A DNA stretch of 64,000 nt, from assembly GCF_964355755.1 (NCBI RefSeq), contig NC_092673.1, positions 19,403,648 to 19,467,647 on the forward strand, read 5' to 3'. Below the pieces are notes generated by a model, which saw only the letters and a list, made by a program, of their open reading frames with translations, ran no database searches and had not been told where the DNA came from. The translations under genes were made by a program, and so were the position numbers. Below, piece after piece: positions 13,391 to 27,481 of the stretch (position 1 is the first letter of the stretch; each line of letters begins with the position of its first letter). Source of the stretch: Antedon mediterranea (taxonomy: Eukaryota; Animalia; Echinodermata).

Positions 13391-15297
13391 TTACAAGTTG
13401 TACTTGGATATCAAACTGTCTATTTGGTCGTCTTGAGCCTCAAGAGAATAGCAACTATGTATGAGCTGTAATAAACAGTAAGTACAGTATAGAAATCATA
13501 TATCGACTAGCATTAAAATTACAAGTGGGAGTCTGTAGTACAGTGAAAAATTTCATTTCAAAATTTTAGCAAAATTGCTAATCAAACTGATTTAGTCGAG
13601 AAACATAGTTTTGTATTGTATTTTTTGCTACACAATTTTCGAAATGTGTAGCAATAAGGTTGTTTTGTATAGCTTTTTGCTATGCCACACTGGCGAAATT
13701 ATTCCTTGTAGTAGATAAAAGAGACGTTCAAAACAGGTTAAAAAAGAAAATCATAGTACGGTTATTATTGTACAGTATATTAATTAAACAAGCTGAACAT
13801 TTTATATAGTGATTTAATACGCAAATAATGTTTCTACATTTTTTTTACTGCAGAGTTTACGTGAATTTCTGTCAGCATTGATCATGTTGTATTCCACCAC
13901 CAGATTTGCATTTGTATAGGACGCCTTTGTCTTAAAATTCCGTCTCCACCCTGCTTTGACGTGATTTCTTTGTTTAACATACCTAGGTCTATTGTTCCAT
14001 TGTGGCAGTCCAGCAATCACATAGTGGTTTTCTAACGTTAGTGTTTGGTTAATGTTTAGGTTCACTAATAACCGTTATTTTATTACATTTCTATAACGTA
14101 AAAAGAAACATTCAGATAACGTTTTTAGGTTAGCATTTACAGGATACATAACGCTATAAAAACGGTACTTGAATTTTAAAACTATAAAAATCTGAAAAAA
14201 AAATCAATAAAAACATTATTAGATAATGCCTCATTTCTATCATTTTATTATACTACCCTAACCCTTTATTTGTTAATACTGTACTAACTTAATTATTTAG
14301 ATAGATTTAGATACACAAAGGCGCTAGGCCGGCAAAAGTTATTAAAATAATGTTTCAGAACACCAGGTTTATTTCATTGGTACATTATATTTTATCAGTA
14401 AACCGTATATTAAATGCCTGGAATTTTTATCATTTTATTTTATTGATGATCCTCCTTTATCTGCAAAAAAATAAAAACATTATTAGATAGATCTACATTG
14501 TTATATAATTATGTAAACATTTTGTATATTCTTAAGTTGTTGGAATTCGATCATGATTAAGTCAATTACAAGGCGGTAGACCGGGAAGCGATTTTTTTTC
14601 CGTACGAGAGTTCCTCCATCGGTTCGTTTCGGACTCAATCGACTCTTCGGTAAGCCACCGATGCTCACTGATGCGTGACAGCAACCACAAAACGTGAGCA
14701 GCTTCTTTCTTTGCACGAGTGACAAATTTATACATACTATACTAGAGGCCTAATACTATACTCACTGTAAATATAATAATAAATATTAATAGTAGTACTG
14801 AACGTCATTGTAATAATAATAATAGTCCTAGAATTTTAATAATATAATACTAACTGTATAGGCAGCCACAAACCAATGTATGTACCACCATCAGATTCAC
14901 AAACAGTAACACACACACAGCAGCAGCACTTTGTTGGTCGTCACAAGCAAGGCCAGCCTAGCTAGCCTAGCCCTACGTACGTGTGCTTTTCAATTCACAT
15001 TTATTTACTCATCGTTTATAAATACAGTTTCATAGCATAAATGATGGCAAGGATCCTGCATAGAGAAGTTTACACTTCTGTTTTCGCAGGACCCTTTTAC
15101 ATAAAAAAACATAAAACAATAAACACAACATAATAGATACAAAATAAAAAAAAAACATTCCTATATACATTTTAGAGTTGTTCATCATCAAAAGCGATAC
15201 TGTTTTTTTAACATGATTATTTGTACTATGTGTGTATACTCGCACACACCAACACAAATGCATAATATATGCATCTATATTTTATGAGTGAAGCATT

Positions 15298-18200
15298 TTA
15301 AGTTCTGTAATTCGATAAAATGTCTCTTTTTACATGTTTTTTTAGTATTTTATAATTGTTGTTAACAATATCTAAGTGATTTCTACAGAGCTCGTTCCAT
15401 AGTTTCGGTCCGTGAATACTGATAAAATGTTGACCAGACGTTAACCTAGAGTATGGTTGTTTTACGCTACAAATATTTCGAAGATTATGGGTAGTATTTT
15501 CGTTTCTTTTGAATATCATTTGGATTCGTCTGGGTAAAACATTGCTTTTAATCTGGGCCATGAAACCTAGGACGGCAACTCTGTTGATATCTTGTATGTT
15601 AAGTATATTTAATTGCTTAAACAGTGGCTCAGAATGTTGCCATGGCTTTTTAAATAAAATTATTCTAGCAGCCTTTTTCTGGAGTTTAAGAAGGGATTCT
15701 AGTGTACTATCATATGTACTGCCCCAAATAATGTTTCCATACTGAAGGTGCGGTAGAATTAATGTATTATACAAATTTGTTAAAATATAATTAGGAAAAA
15801 AATGTCTAGTTTTTATCAATATTCCAATAGACCTAGCGGCTTTTTTGCTAATAAGCCTTATATGATTTTTCCAGCAAAGGTTCTCATTTATTACAACCCC
15901 AAGAAATGTTACATTTTTTTGTTGTTCTAAAGTAATGTTATTCATTTTCAATTCAATGTTGGTTGTAATAATACGCCTTTGGGCAGTTTTAAAGATTACG
16001 TAATTTGTTTTGCTGGTGTTTAATAAAAGTTTATTAGCTTTGAACCACATATTAATTCTATCTAGTTCCACATTCATAGTGTTTGCCAATGCGTTCAGGT
16101 TATTTCCACACTTGAATCCTGTTGTATCATCGGCAAAGCTAATTAATTCAATTTGTGTACTTGAGTTACATATATCGTTTACATATACAAGAAACAACAA
16201 AGGTCCAAAAACGGACCCTTGTGGAACACCAATACTAGTCTCCTTAATATTAGACGAAGTACCATTTATAAAAACATATTGCTTTCGTGATTTTAAGTAG
16301 TTACTGAACCATTTTAGTGTAACACCTCTTATACCATAGTGGAATAGCTTGTTCAGTAAGATACTGTAGTCAATAATATCAAATGCCTTTGACAAATCCA
16401 TAAATGTGGCAATTACGAACTCTTTGTTTTCAAATGCCTTTAGTATTTTGTGGATCAGATCAATTATAGCGTGGGAGGTTGAATGATTGTTTCGGAAGCC
16501 GTATTGCCAATCATTTAGTATATTGTAAGTTTTAAAGTAATTATACAATCTGGAATGGACTATCTTTTCAAAGATTTTAGAGAAAATTGGTAGTAGTGAT
16601 ATCGGGCGATAATTCGAGGCTAAATGACGGTCCCCTTTTTTGTATATGGGAATTACTTTTGCAATTTTTATCTGTTCCGGTATTGAGCCGGAGTGAAGAG
16701 ATACGTTGAATATATAAGTCAAGGGCTTTACAATAGCATCACCAACTGCCTTGAATACCTTTGGTGAAATATCATCAAAACCAGGTGTTTTGTTTGCATC
16801 AAGTGATTGAATCACTTTTAACACTTCCTCCTCATTTACATGGTAGAAAAACATAGAGTTACTTTGCCTGTTTAGCAGGTAATCAGAGTATTGTGCCGTT
16901 GATGGCTCAATACTGTCTCGTACCTTGAGACCAACATTAATAAAATAATCGTTAATGTGGTTTGCAATAGGCTCACAACCCTCTATGAGTTTGTCACCAG
17001 ATGTAAAAGTGGATGGAACATTATTTTTGCCTCCACCTGGATTTATAATATCATTTATAATATTCCATGTTTTTTTTTTATTTCCTTTAGTATTGTTAAA
17101 AACATTTTCATAATATGATTTCTTTGCCTTTTTGCATGTACGCATAAATGACTTATTAAACTCTTTATAAATATCCTTATTTTTAGACGAGGGATGTTTT
17201 ATAAATTTGTTGTACAACACATGTTTTCTTTTGCTAGACTTTAAGAGTCTTGAGCTCATCCATGGTTGTTTGAACTTTTTATACTTTTTGTGATTTTCTT
17301 GAACTTTTTCTTTTTTTTAAAAGTTTTTATTATATAATTTTTTGAAAGTGTTGATAAAAGCATTGTAAGCATCATCAGGGTTTGTCCTTACATATACATC
17401 AGCCCAATCAACAGGTAATAAGTCATTATATAGTTTATTTATATTTCGTTCGTTTATTGCATATTTATGAGGTTCTATATTACCGGTTTTTACTTTAATA
17501 TGTTTGTCGGGCACGGAGTGGATAATTTGGTATACCGGCAAATGATCAGATATGTCTGAGATTAGTATACCAGATAACATTTGTTCAGAAAGTGTATTGG
17601 AGAAAATGTTATCAATTAATGAAGATGTGTTGTTTTGTATTCTAGTGGGTCTTGAAATCGATGGGTAGAAGGAATGCGACATCATTACTTCTAGAAAATT
17701 ATTTACAGAATCAGTCGATGCATGCTTAAGTAAATTAATTTTAAAATCACCCATAATGTGGCATGATTTTCCCTCGATATCAATAGTATTAAGAATATCG
17801 TCTAGTGATCTATTAAAAAGTTCTATATTCGAATCGGGAGGTCTATATATTATACCAACAATCGTATTGTTACATTTTTTTTCAATTATTTCAATAAAAA
17901 TACATTCACAAGATTCAATAAATAGATCTTTTCGTTCTTTTATGTCAATTGTAGCAGAAACAAACATACCAACTCCCCTCCTTTACGGTTCTTCCTATCT
18001 AATGCGAGGAAGTCATAGCTCGGTAGATATGGTTTGCACGATGTATTGTTTAACCATGTTTCCGATATACCAATAACTGTAAAGGGGTGGTTGATTAAGT
18101 TTAGGTATGTAGTTAGTTCATCAATGTGTTTATTGATACTTCGAATATTATAGTGAAGAAATGAGTAGCCAATATTTTTTAATTTCTTCACAGATTCATT

Positions 18201-18377
18201 CAAGTCATATGGACTCATATAAGAACATGTCTCAATAGCATTTAGCTTGTTTCTGAGACTATATTCAATGAATTCGTCATGGTCATTATTACCATTATCA
18301 ATAGATATTGGATTAAATAGTATATCCATTGGATTTGATATTTCGTTTTCATCACCGTTATTTTTATTGTTATCCAT
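15298..18377 (-). pseudogene. LINE ORF2: AP endonuclease plus reverse transcriptase, two frameshifts
   Basis: APE motifs HYNIRS, GISETWL, YRPP, MGDF, IDNIF and SDHLP lie in 17940-18377 and 17317-17967. RT motifs NYRPISLL, QYGFR, DLSKAFD, GVPQGS and FADDT lie in 15298-17259. Confidence 0.92.
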
Positions 18378-18507
18378 GCTTTGATTTTGTATGTTTATTG
18401 ATTGTATTTGTCTATAAAAAAACTATTTTAATTAATATAATTTATAATACTATGCTTATGTCTACTGCTTAATTTCAGTTACAATAACTTTCTGAATTTG
18501 TGTTACC

Positions 18508-19860
18508 TTACAATTGTTGAAATTTGTGGTAACGTGGTCTACCTCTTCCTGTGTTAGCTTTTCTGCGAGATAGACCTAGAACGTTTTCAACTTTGTATCT
18601 GACATTACTGGCCAATAGGCTGGTGCCTCCATCTGATAGATGGTATCCATCAGGTGCTAGAAGTGTGTCGACCAGCTCGCCGTTTCGTAAGAAGTTGCTA
18701 TTGTCGCAGAATGTTAGGTTTGGTATTTTGTCTGTACGTATCTTGTGCTTTATACATGAGTTTGCTATTTCAACTCTGAAATTTAGTGGTCCTGCTCGTG
18801 GTAAGCCAAGTGATATCAAACATTTAGTGTCTGGATGTTTTGTGGCATACTCACTGACTGTGTTGTATAGCGTTTCTGCGCACTTTTCTGGAGCTGATTC
18901 CTTTACAGAGTTAGTTATTTCGTGGATTACTATACAGTCAAGTGTTTCGTGGATTTCATCGAGTGCATTTCCAATTTGGTCATTAGTGTATGCGTGTGTA
19001 ATGCTTACATCTGCTTTTGGTAAAATACGACTTGCTTCGACTTTTTTTAAGTGCGAATTTCCTAATAGTAATACAGATGGTTTCTTGCTTTCTTAGGCTC
19101 GATGTGTGTCATTATTTTTCATTAGACTTTCTGCATACGACAATTTCTGACTGTCTTTTTTTGAGTTAACAGTTTGGAAGTCTGATGCGTCGATGGCTAC
19201 CTGGGTTCGTTTTGCTTCGTACGCGTACTCCCTTGCTTTTTCTGTTTCGTGTATTGCTGTCTGTAGTTTGTCCTGGAGATTTGTTATTTGTTTATCTTTC
19301 TGCAGGATCATATCGTTGTTTCGCTTGACATCTATGAAAGCATTAGCTGTTAGTTTGTTTTCTCTTTCTGTTTTATTGATTTTTTCTTTCATTTTTTCCA
19401 TTTCTACCCTTATTTCTTGTAGGCCGGTAGCGTTGGGTTGTCTGTTGTTTTCTGTGTACTTTAGCTCCTGTCTTAGGAGTTTTTTTTCAGTCTTTAGTTT
19501 GGTGTTTTCAATGAGGATGTTGGTACTTTCTTTTAGTTCATGTCGCAGACATTCTATTTCTTTTTTCAGTGACTCACTGTTTATGAGAAGTTGTTTTTTT
19601 TTCCTGGGTCTTGGTCACTTCATTGGTTGAATCAGGTTTCTTTTTGGTCAGCCTTTCATCAATATATCTTAATCGTTGGTCAAATACTAAGATAGTCTCT
19701 GTTAGAGTTGATAGTATGCTAGGAATACGTTTGCACACTAAGCATATCCATGGGCCTTTTTTTCCTTTTGCGTCTGCACATGTCCTGTGGTACTGCTTTG
19801 AACAAAGAGTACATGCTATTGTGTTTTCGTTTTTTCCTGTTGCTTCAATGTAGTACATTC
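18508..19860 (-). pseudogene. LINE ORF1: PHD finger, coiled coil and SGNH-type esterase (disrupted)
   Basis: PHD motif IACTLCSKQYHRTC...WICLVC; K/E-rich coil at 19093-19570; in-frame TAA at 19093-19095, then LLLGNSH...DGYHLS. Confidence 0.8.
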
Positions 19861-21741
19861 CATCTACAGTACTATTTTTTATTTTAATAAAATGAAGTAG
19901 TAGGTTAGAAATTATATGTACAGAAGTAACACTAACAGATGTTTTTATCAAGAAAATTACAATTTTCTTCAGGTTTTTAAGTGTAACATTTGAAAAATTG
20001 TATACATTTAGGCCTAGTATTAGTAACATGTATTCTTGTAAGTTGTAATGTATAGAAACACATGCTTGCTTATAAAGCGTTTAATATTGTGTTAATTTAA
20101 TAATTGATGATAGTATCACATATAATTATAAGCTTCCTGGAAAATGTGTTATTATTAAATGTATTTGTACTATTGCAGTCGTGTCAGTACCGTAATTGAA
20201 TGTTTTTTACTTTGCATGTATTTTTTATGATTTTCCAAATTACATATACACATAAAAAACAATAATATTAGTTGTAGGCCTATAACTTAATTAAAACTCC
20301 AAAGTTGCCTATTATTAAAAGTCTGAAATCTTTTTTTCAAGATTGGGGATAATTAATACGTACACCTTTAACGTAAAATTTCCATTACCTTACAATATAA
20401 ATATTAATTTAATAATATTATTTTAAAAGGTATAAAAAACATACACTGTGCATAGGAATTCCTACTGTACATAATCATTTTAAATTCAAAAGTAATACCT
20501 TGCATAGGCTTACACAAGCTAGGCTAGCACGATAAGAAAAGAGCCTCTCGTTCGTGACAAAAGGTCGTTCAACTTCAAAAAATAATATCTGATACGACGG
20601 ACCTACTATTGGGTCGTAGACCTAAATATCTTCAATATGCCATTGGGTTCTTAATGTAATTACTAAGTAGGCCTAGTATTTATTAATTAATGTCATCAAA
20701 TCAAAACTCGTATTAGTGTAGATTTATTTTACTATTGTGAGAGCCTGTGTGAAAGTAAGCTCGCGGTTTGTAAATGTAAATTGTATTATGTTGTCACGCA
20801 TCAGTGAGCTGACTTTACCGAATACCGAAGAGAGTCGATTGAGTCCGAAACGAACCGATGGAGGAACTCTCGTACGGAAAAAAAAATCGCGACCGGGAAC
20901 CAGTCAACTGACAGAAGAGGGCTCTCAATGTAATTTCTATTGACGTACCTGCACACAATATTCATAACCTCACACCCCCACTTTAATAATGGTATAACCC
21001 TAAAAAAAACTCCGGAGCCAAAACGGCAGTTGATCCGCGAAAACTAAAACGGCTACTTTAGCCATTTTGGCGAAGACATGATAAAATAGATAATCAAATA
21101 ATCATTTTGGCGAAAGCATAAAGTTCAACTAAAAGGTCCATTTGTCGATCTTCTTCAAGCATTTATTTTGTTCGTTATAATGTTGTTTACTTCTAGCTCC
21201 ATTTTCGTCAACTTGTTTTGTTGTACCAGGCGTCTCTTTGTTATTTCAATATGATGGAGGTATACTGCACAGAGAGACAGACATTACACGACACATGGAT
21301 GATGGAGTCTACCCAAACTATCACGTGTTGCGCTGCACAAACGATCGACGACAGCCGACGGTCGCTATTTACCGGGATTGTCTATTTTTCGATAGGGGTG
21401 TACTTTTCAGATTTAAAAGAAACATAGTATCTTCAATGAATGATCTTATCGAAATCAATATTTATGCGTTATAAATTTTAGGCTCCAATAATGTAGTTTC
21501 ATATTTTACCCTTAACAAAGTTTCCTCATGCGTGCAGTGCGTCAGTAGAGTAAACAAAACAACATTCGGAAAATGGTAGAGTCTAACGGAGATTTAGCTA
21601 AACACACACACACGTGCATTTATTGTGGATTATATCAAAGAACTTATAACACAAGAATCTCCTGTTCGTCCGAAGCGCGTAACAATTTCGAAAGGCATTG
21701 TGGGATAGAATAGAGCTATGGGTGGCGCCATTGTGAGCCAT

Positions 21742-21910
21742 GGAGTAGGGCGCCCGCATCAAATTAGAAAGTCAAAATCATAGAGGGGTTCTGCTAATGC
21801 TCTAGGGGGTATAGAGTAATTGACTGAGGAGTAGGGCGCCCGCATCAAATTAGAAAGTCAAAATCATAGAGGGGTTCTGCTAATGCTCTAGGGGGGGTAG
21901 AGTAATTGAC
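21742..21910. repeat. ~86-bp direct duplication
   Basis: GGAGTAGGGCGCCCGCATCAAATTAG...AGAGTAATTGACT occurs twice in tandem. Confidence 0.85.
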
Positions 21911-24028
21911 TTCCTAGTTTGGAGGGGGCGCTGCTCCATGCTGTGAAATGGCGTCGCCCAGTTTGACCTTTTAACCCTGTACTTCCGATACTGTGTTTTG
22001 AATGCAAATTGAAGAACAGGAGATTCTTGTGTTATAAGTTCTTTGATTATATAAACAGCAAGGCCGGCCGCTGGCTTCTGTGTTGTTGGGTATTAATTGG
22101 GCCGGGATGGTATAAATTTCTCCCCCGACAGAAACGCTTTTTCCCTGTGCTTTGGCCTATATTATCTGCACGTTCCAACAACGATACAAGTGTTTGTTTG
22201 CTAGATATATTTTTAGCATAAACGCACCGTCCATGCACCGTTGTACATAATTTTGTAGGCCTAGGCCAACTGCACTTTTGCATCTCTTGAGCATACCCAA
22301 TTTAAACACATTCACCCGCTGCGCGGCGGTGACCGTGAAAGTCTTAGGACACGATTTTTGCGTGGTACGGAAGCCACCAGCCAAGCGTAAAAAACTAAAA
22401 TAACATAGCGTTCAGGGGATTTCAGAAAACTGTAAAATGTTTTTTATTAAATTGATAACTGTATGAATGCTGTATGATTAAAAACAATTTGAACAATTGT
22501 TTTGATCATATAAAATACAACAACAATTATGTTTTTAATCATATATACAGTGATTTAGGCATGGCTCTCTCTAATTCCCAACAAATGCCTTACAAAAACG
22601 TTCAGGGAACAGTGTATAGACCTATTGACATAGATAAATTAACTAAAATGTTTTTACCATTATATTTCAACAATTTTTGATTTTGGCTAATGACCGATTC
22701 ATTTGGCTAAATAAAAAAATTGGACTTTAGCCATTTTGGCTATAGATAAACTGATTTGACTAAAAAAAATATTTTGACTTTCGCCAAATGGCTAAACAAA
22801 ATGAAATGTTAGTGCTACCCCAGATCATATAAACTGTCCGACCAGAGCAATATGTACAAAAAATATATTTAGATTAGGCCAAATAAAAAAATATACTTGT
22901 TAAGCGTCACATCCTCATAAATTTTCAGGGGCGGGGGGACGGTTTTTTTTTTTGTTTTTTTTACTTTTTATTGAGGTATATTTTTGCGCGGTGGACGTTT
23001 TTCCCCACTTTTTTTAGGACGAAACGTCAAACTTTTAAAATGCGAAACAGAACAAAATTGACTATGTATGAAATATTATTGCTTATGACAAAATTGAGTT
23101 TTGTATTGTTGTATATCCAGACGTAATTAAAACATTAAATGTAATTGCCACCAAGCGAAACTGTAGGCCCTAGGCTAACTAATCCGTCCAAGCTGCTACC
23201 CCCACCTCACTCATCGGCCATCCGCCGTCTCTCGCTCGACTCATCTATCCAGGAAATTCCCTATCGCGAGAAGCATGATTTGGTCTCAATAATACTAAAT
23301 AGTGGGCTGATTTATAGTTTGAAAACAGCTTACGGCATTTCTTAAGTGAATTTTTATTCAACGTATTCATTCTTCTTTGATGAATCCTTTGCCAATTGCT
23401 GTGTAAATCAGTATTTAAAGTTGTGATGCAAAAAGTGTATGTAATTATTCCACAGGTAAACCAGGCATAAGGAAACCCATCGCCCAACAGGACCTCGTGG
23501 TGTGCCGATCTCGAGCGCGAGATCATCGTAAACAAAATTGGTAGAGTCCATTATGTATGGGGTGTTTCCTATTTACGAACCTATAAAAAAACGCGCTTTG
23601 ACCACTGTGTAGGCAAAATATTTATTTCGTTAAATCCCTAAATTGATAATCGCGTATTCTGTAATCACGTGACTGATGATGTAATCCTCAGCGACGTACT
23701 AAATGCACATGATTTAATGTGTTGGGGAAAAAGCTTGCTGTTTACCACATTAGGCCTACATGATTCACGGTGCTATTCGCGTTTCCTTGACGTAAATCAG
23801 CGGCGTGTAAATGAAACAATTGTTTTCACCAAATTGCCGTTGTCGACATAGAGCGATAGGCGGCTAGCGTTGTCTAAGCTAAAAAGTACGTATTTTTCAA
23901 AAATTACACTAGCCTAACAAACATTTGCTAGTTTTGAAATTTTCAAATAGCAATTATGAAGAATCTACTAGCAAAATGCTAGTTTGCTAGCGTGAATTTC
24001 GAGCCCTACTCTGGAGCTGGGCCGGGCC

Positions 24029-27000
24029 GCGATTTTTTTTTTCGTACATAAGTTGGGGACCCCTCATGAAACGTCACAAAAATACACATGAATAATTCAT
24101 CAGTTAAATTTGTTGTTCCGTGTGCACCCAAGCGTATAGCAACAAGAAGTGATTACACAGTCGAGAGCAGCAAAGTGCTCATTTAACCGTTAAAACGCTG
24201 TTTTTTAACTGCGCAGGTCACTGAGCATCGCCAAGTTATAGTGACTTCCGGTTCGCTTTTCACTTCGCGGCAAGCATTTTGCATGGGAATACCCTTACAA
24301 ATCTGCTGCAATTTCCACCATCCGGGTTAAATTATATCTTTCTATATTTGGAAATTGTTACTCCTAATATGGAAGATTATTCCCGCCACAAAATTTTGGT
24401 ATAAATAGCCCAGGAAAGGACGACAGAGCTTATTGAAGAAAAAAGTGCAGATGGAGGTGTTCGTTGAGGTAGGCTACATGATTTATTTGTTTGGTTTCGT
24501 AGGGAATCCGGCACTTTTCTCATCAGCACGGAACCTTTATAAAAACTTAGTGGTTGGTTATTAGGTTATTAATCTATCTTTTCTGAAAGTTTAAGCTTGG
24601 TTCAGCTTGTGGGACGGATTCAATATCCGTTCAAAGCTGGGGATATATTCTAAGCAGACTCCATCTTGGATTCGTATGTTTAGTACAGGCCGTGTGGTTG
24701 AGTAATTTCAATCCTTCAAAATCACTATGTGCAATCCGTTTTTAAACCAGTTAATATACCAAAATATGTTATTAGTAGCTTTTTTATTTTGGATTTGGTG
24801 CTAGTTTTGTAAATATTGCAATATAATTGTAGATTATTTGGTTGTAAAAAAATGTACCCAACTTGTAGTATTATCTAGGCCTAGGCTAGGCCTAGCCCAT
24901 TTGACGGAAACCCAGTGCTATTTGTAGGCGGATAGAGAGGGCCGCAGGCTAGTTTTTAGTGGCATATCGCCGACTTATTATAATCAATGTGAAGCCATAT
25001 TATTATTATGTTTAAAATGTTGAATCTATATCCACAGGATTATGGATATATATCGTCGGATATTTAAAGAAAGGCCTAGGCCTAGACCTTTTTATTTAAT
25101 TAATTTAGGACTATATTACGGGAAATTCTTTGCCAAAGAAAAGAAAATACGTTGTGGCTGTTGGAGGTTTGTAAATATATGACAATAATGTAGCCTAGGC
25201 TAGGAAGGACTGTGGTAGGATGAGGTAATTTGGATGGTCGTACATATGATATTTATATATACAGTATTGTGTATAGTAGTGATCATGGCGACAAAATTTA
25301 GGATGACTAAAGTTGACATTAAAATTATTTAACTATGAATAGCTCATTATTGGTGTTTTTTTTTTCTTTCAGGTTTCTAAGAATAAACTATCCGACTTGT
25401 GATTCATCTTGTGCTGCAAAAACAATCCTATTTTGATATTTGTAAATTGATGTACGTAACAGACGTCTTTAAAAACAAAAAAAAAATAAAAATTTTATTA
25501 TTGCGATGATTTAACTCAAATATTGACATATATAACTTGATATTTTAGCCTGAGCAAGATAGTTTGATAGGCATATTTTACTTCGATGTAAATAAGATAT
25601 TACATGTTATACTGTATGTAAAATACTTTTTTGTAAATAAAATTATTTAATGGTGGTTAATTTATTAACTTGTTAATTTGTTTGTTAGTTATGATGTTAT
25701 ACTATTAATTATTTAGTTAGTAACCAAAGTGGAGTGGATTCGTGGCAGTTGCAACTTGACTGTAATATGCATATATATAATAATATTTACTTCCTCTTGG
25801 ATAAAGTTAAAGCAAAATAAGCAATAATAAAAATTAAATATTTATTTTGCCATAAAGAAATCAAAAACTAAACATACAGTACTATATGTACAGTAATACC
25901 ATGGACCTATAGGTCCATAGTAATACATACTGTAGTATTGAGCACCAGTAGCAGAGACGTCTGGACAATCGAATATAATCGTTATCAGCTGTCTGGGTAC
26001 CCAAGGCTAGTGCTAGAAAATGGCGAAAATTCGTGTATTCATTCGCCGTCAGCGAAATGAATCCGGCACTTTTCTCATCAGAAGCAAATCAACAAATCCT
26101 TTTATCAGTTTGTTTTGATATATAATCTGGATAATATATATTAAAATGGCCTTGGTTCAAGCATGTTTAACAGGTAAAATCAGATTTTTTCCTACCTAGG
26201 CCCCTTAGCACTGCGGTACCCTACGCCGTGTGGGGGAACCGATCTCGGCAGTATTTCTTAAGTAGCCTATCTTTCGTAAAATCCTTAGTTGAATTTTATT
26301 AATATAAATTTAATTGTATAAATATGCTATTTAAATGTTATTGACATTTTTTTTTGCTGCATTTTGTAATTCCGCACTACTTGCTTTATCGCGATTCCAA
26401 GATGGCGGCAATTCAAATTTTGATTTGGTAATAATTCGCGAGGTCAACCACTTTGCTGCCCGACTGTACACAAACAACTGCGATACGATTCTTTCTACAG
26501 TAGGCCTAGGATTCTAAGTCAATTCACGTGATTGCCTTCGCGCACTATTCTTCACACAAAATGTGTCGAGTCGAGGCTAATCGACAGCTAGGCAAGACAT
26601 TAAACTAAGTAGTAATTCATTGGACATAGCCCAAAGAAAACTTAGACCCACAAGAATAAAGAATGTGTATAATTTGTGTACTGTATTTTTTTAATTCTGC
26701 TATTTTATTATCAACAATATGCATGTACTCAAAGGAACTTTAAAAATGCGCGTATATGAACACATGAGATGGGAAGATTAGACCCACGAGAATAAAAAAT
26801 GTATTTTTGTGTAATGTTTAATGTTTAATTTTGCTGACTTATTACTCGGATTGTGTCATACCTAACACACACACGTCACACACACACACACCCACACAGC
26901 TACTAGACATGGGTTTAGAGACTAATAATTAGGCCTATAGTATTAATAGAAACTATAATTTTAACACGTAATTCTTTAGTAATAAATTATATTAAAAACA

Positions 27001-27481
27001 CCATAAACTAAAGGCTGATTTTCGACAATCCACACAAAACGCCGCTATTCTTCTATGAAATCGCACGCCGTAACAACATCGGAGATAGGCCTAGAATCTT
27101 AAGCCTGGTTAAAATCGCTACATGACAGAGCGTAGCGATTCTATGGAAACGCTAGAGTTTATCGGGGATCTAGTACGCGTATACGATTCATCGCCGACAA
27201 AATCGGCAAAGTTGAACATGGTTGAACTTTGCCGATTTGACTGCGATGAATCGGCGAGCCTTCCCGATTGTGTCGGCGACATCTGCGCGTGTAGCGATTT
27301 TAATGGAAACGCTGTTGCGATTTTAATGGAAACCAGGCTTTACCGCACTTGTGTAATCACTTCTTGTTGCTATACGCTTGGGTGCACACGGAACAAGAAA
27401 ATTTAACTGATGAATTATTCATGTTTATTTTGTGACGTTTCATGAGGGGGTCCCCAACTTATGTACGAAAAAAAAAATCGC
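24029..27481. mobile_element. Mutator-like non-autonomous element
   Basis: ~130-bp TIRs starting GCGATTTTTTTTTTCGTAC and 9-bp TSD GGCCGGGCC (24020-24028 and 27482-27490). Confidence 0.85.
27102..27339. mobile_element. Harbinger-type MITE
   Basis: AGCCTGGTT...AACCAGGCT termini, TTA TSD and an internally palindromic body. Confidence 0.65.

Larger units (their letters stand above)
14990..19865 (-). mobile_element. Near full-length CR1/L2-group LINE
   Basis: ORF1 (PHD, coiled coil, esterase) and ORF2 (APE, RT) occur in order on the minus strand, with 3' AATAAA/TGAATTGAA near 14990-15005. Confidence 0.9.
14588..20890. mobile_element. Mutator-like (MULE) non-autonomous element carrying a LINE insertion
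   Basis: ~65-bp TIRs (GCGATTTTTTTTCCGTACGAGAGTTCCTCCATCGG...) and 9-bp TSD GACCGGGAA (14579-14587 and 20891-20899). Confidence 0.8.
10614..21036 (-). mobile_element. Merlin (IS1595-like) DNA transposon derivative with ~800-bp TIRs
   Basis: Termini GGATCAACTGCCG / CGGCAGTTGATCC with 8-bp TSD GCGAAAAC (10606-10613 and 21037-21044). Left TIR is 10614-~11420; the right TIR is split into ~13900-14587 and 20900-21036. An internal transposase-like remnant is present. Confidence 0.7.

Noticed and set aside
18551-19853. Plus-strand ORFs of 80-181 aa
   Set aside because: They are antisense shadows of LINE ORF1.
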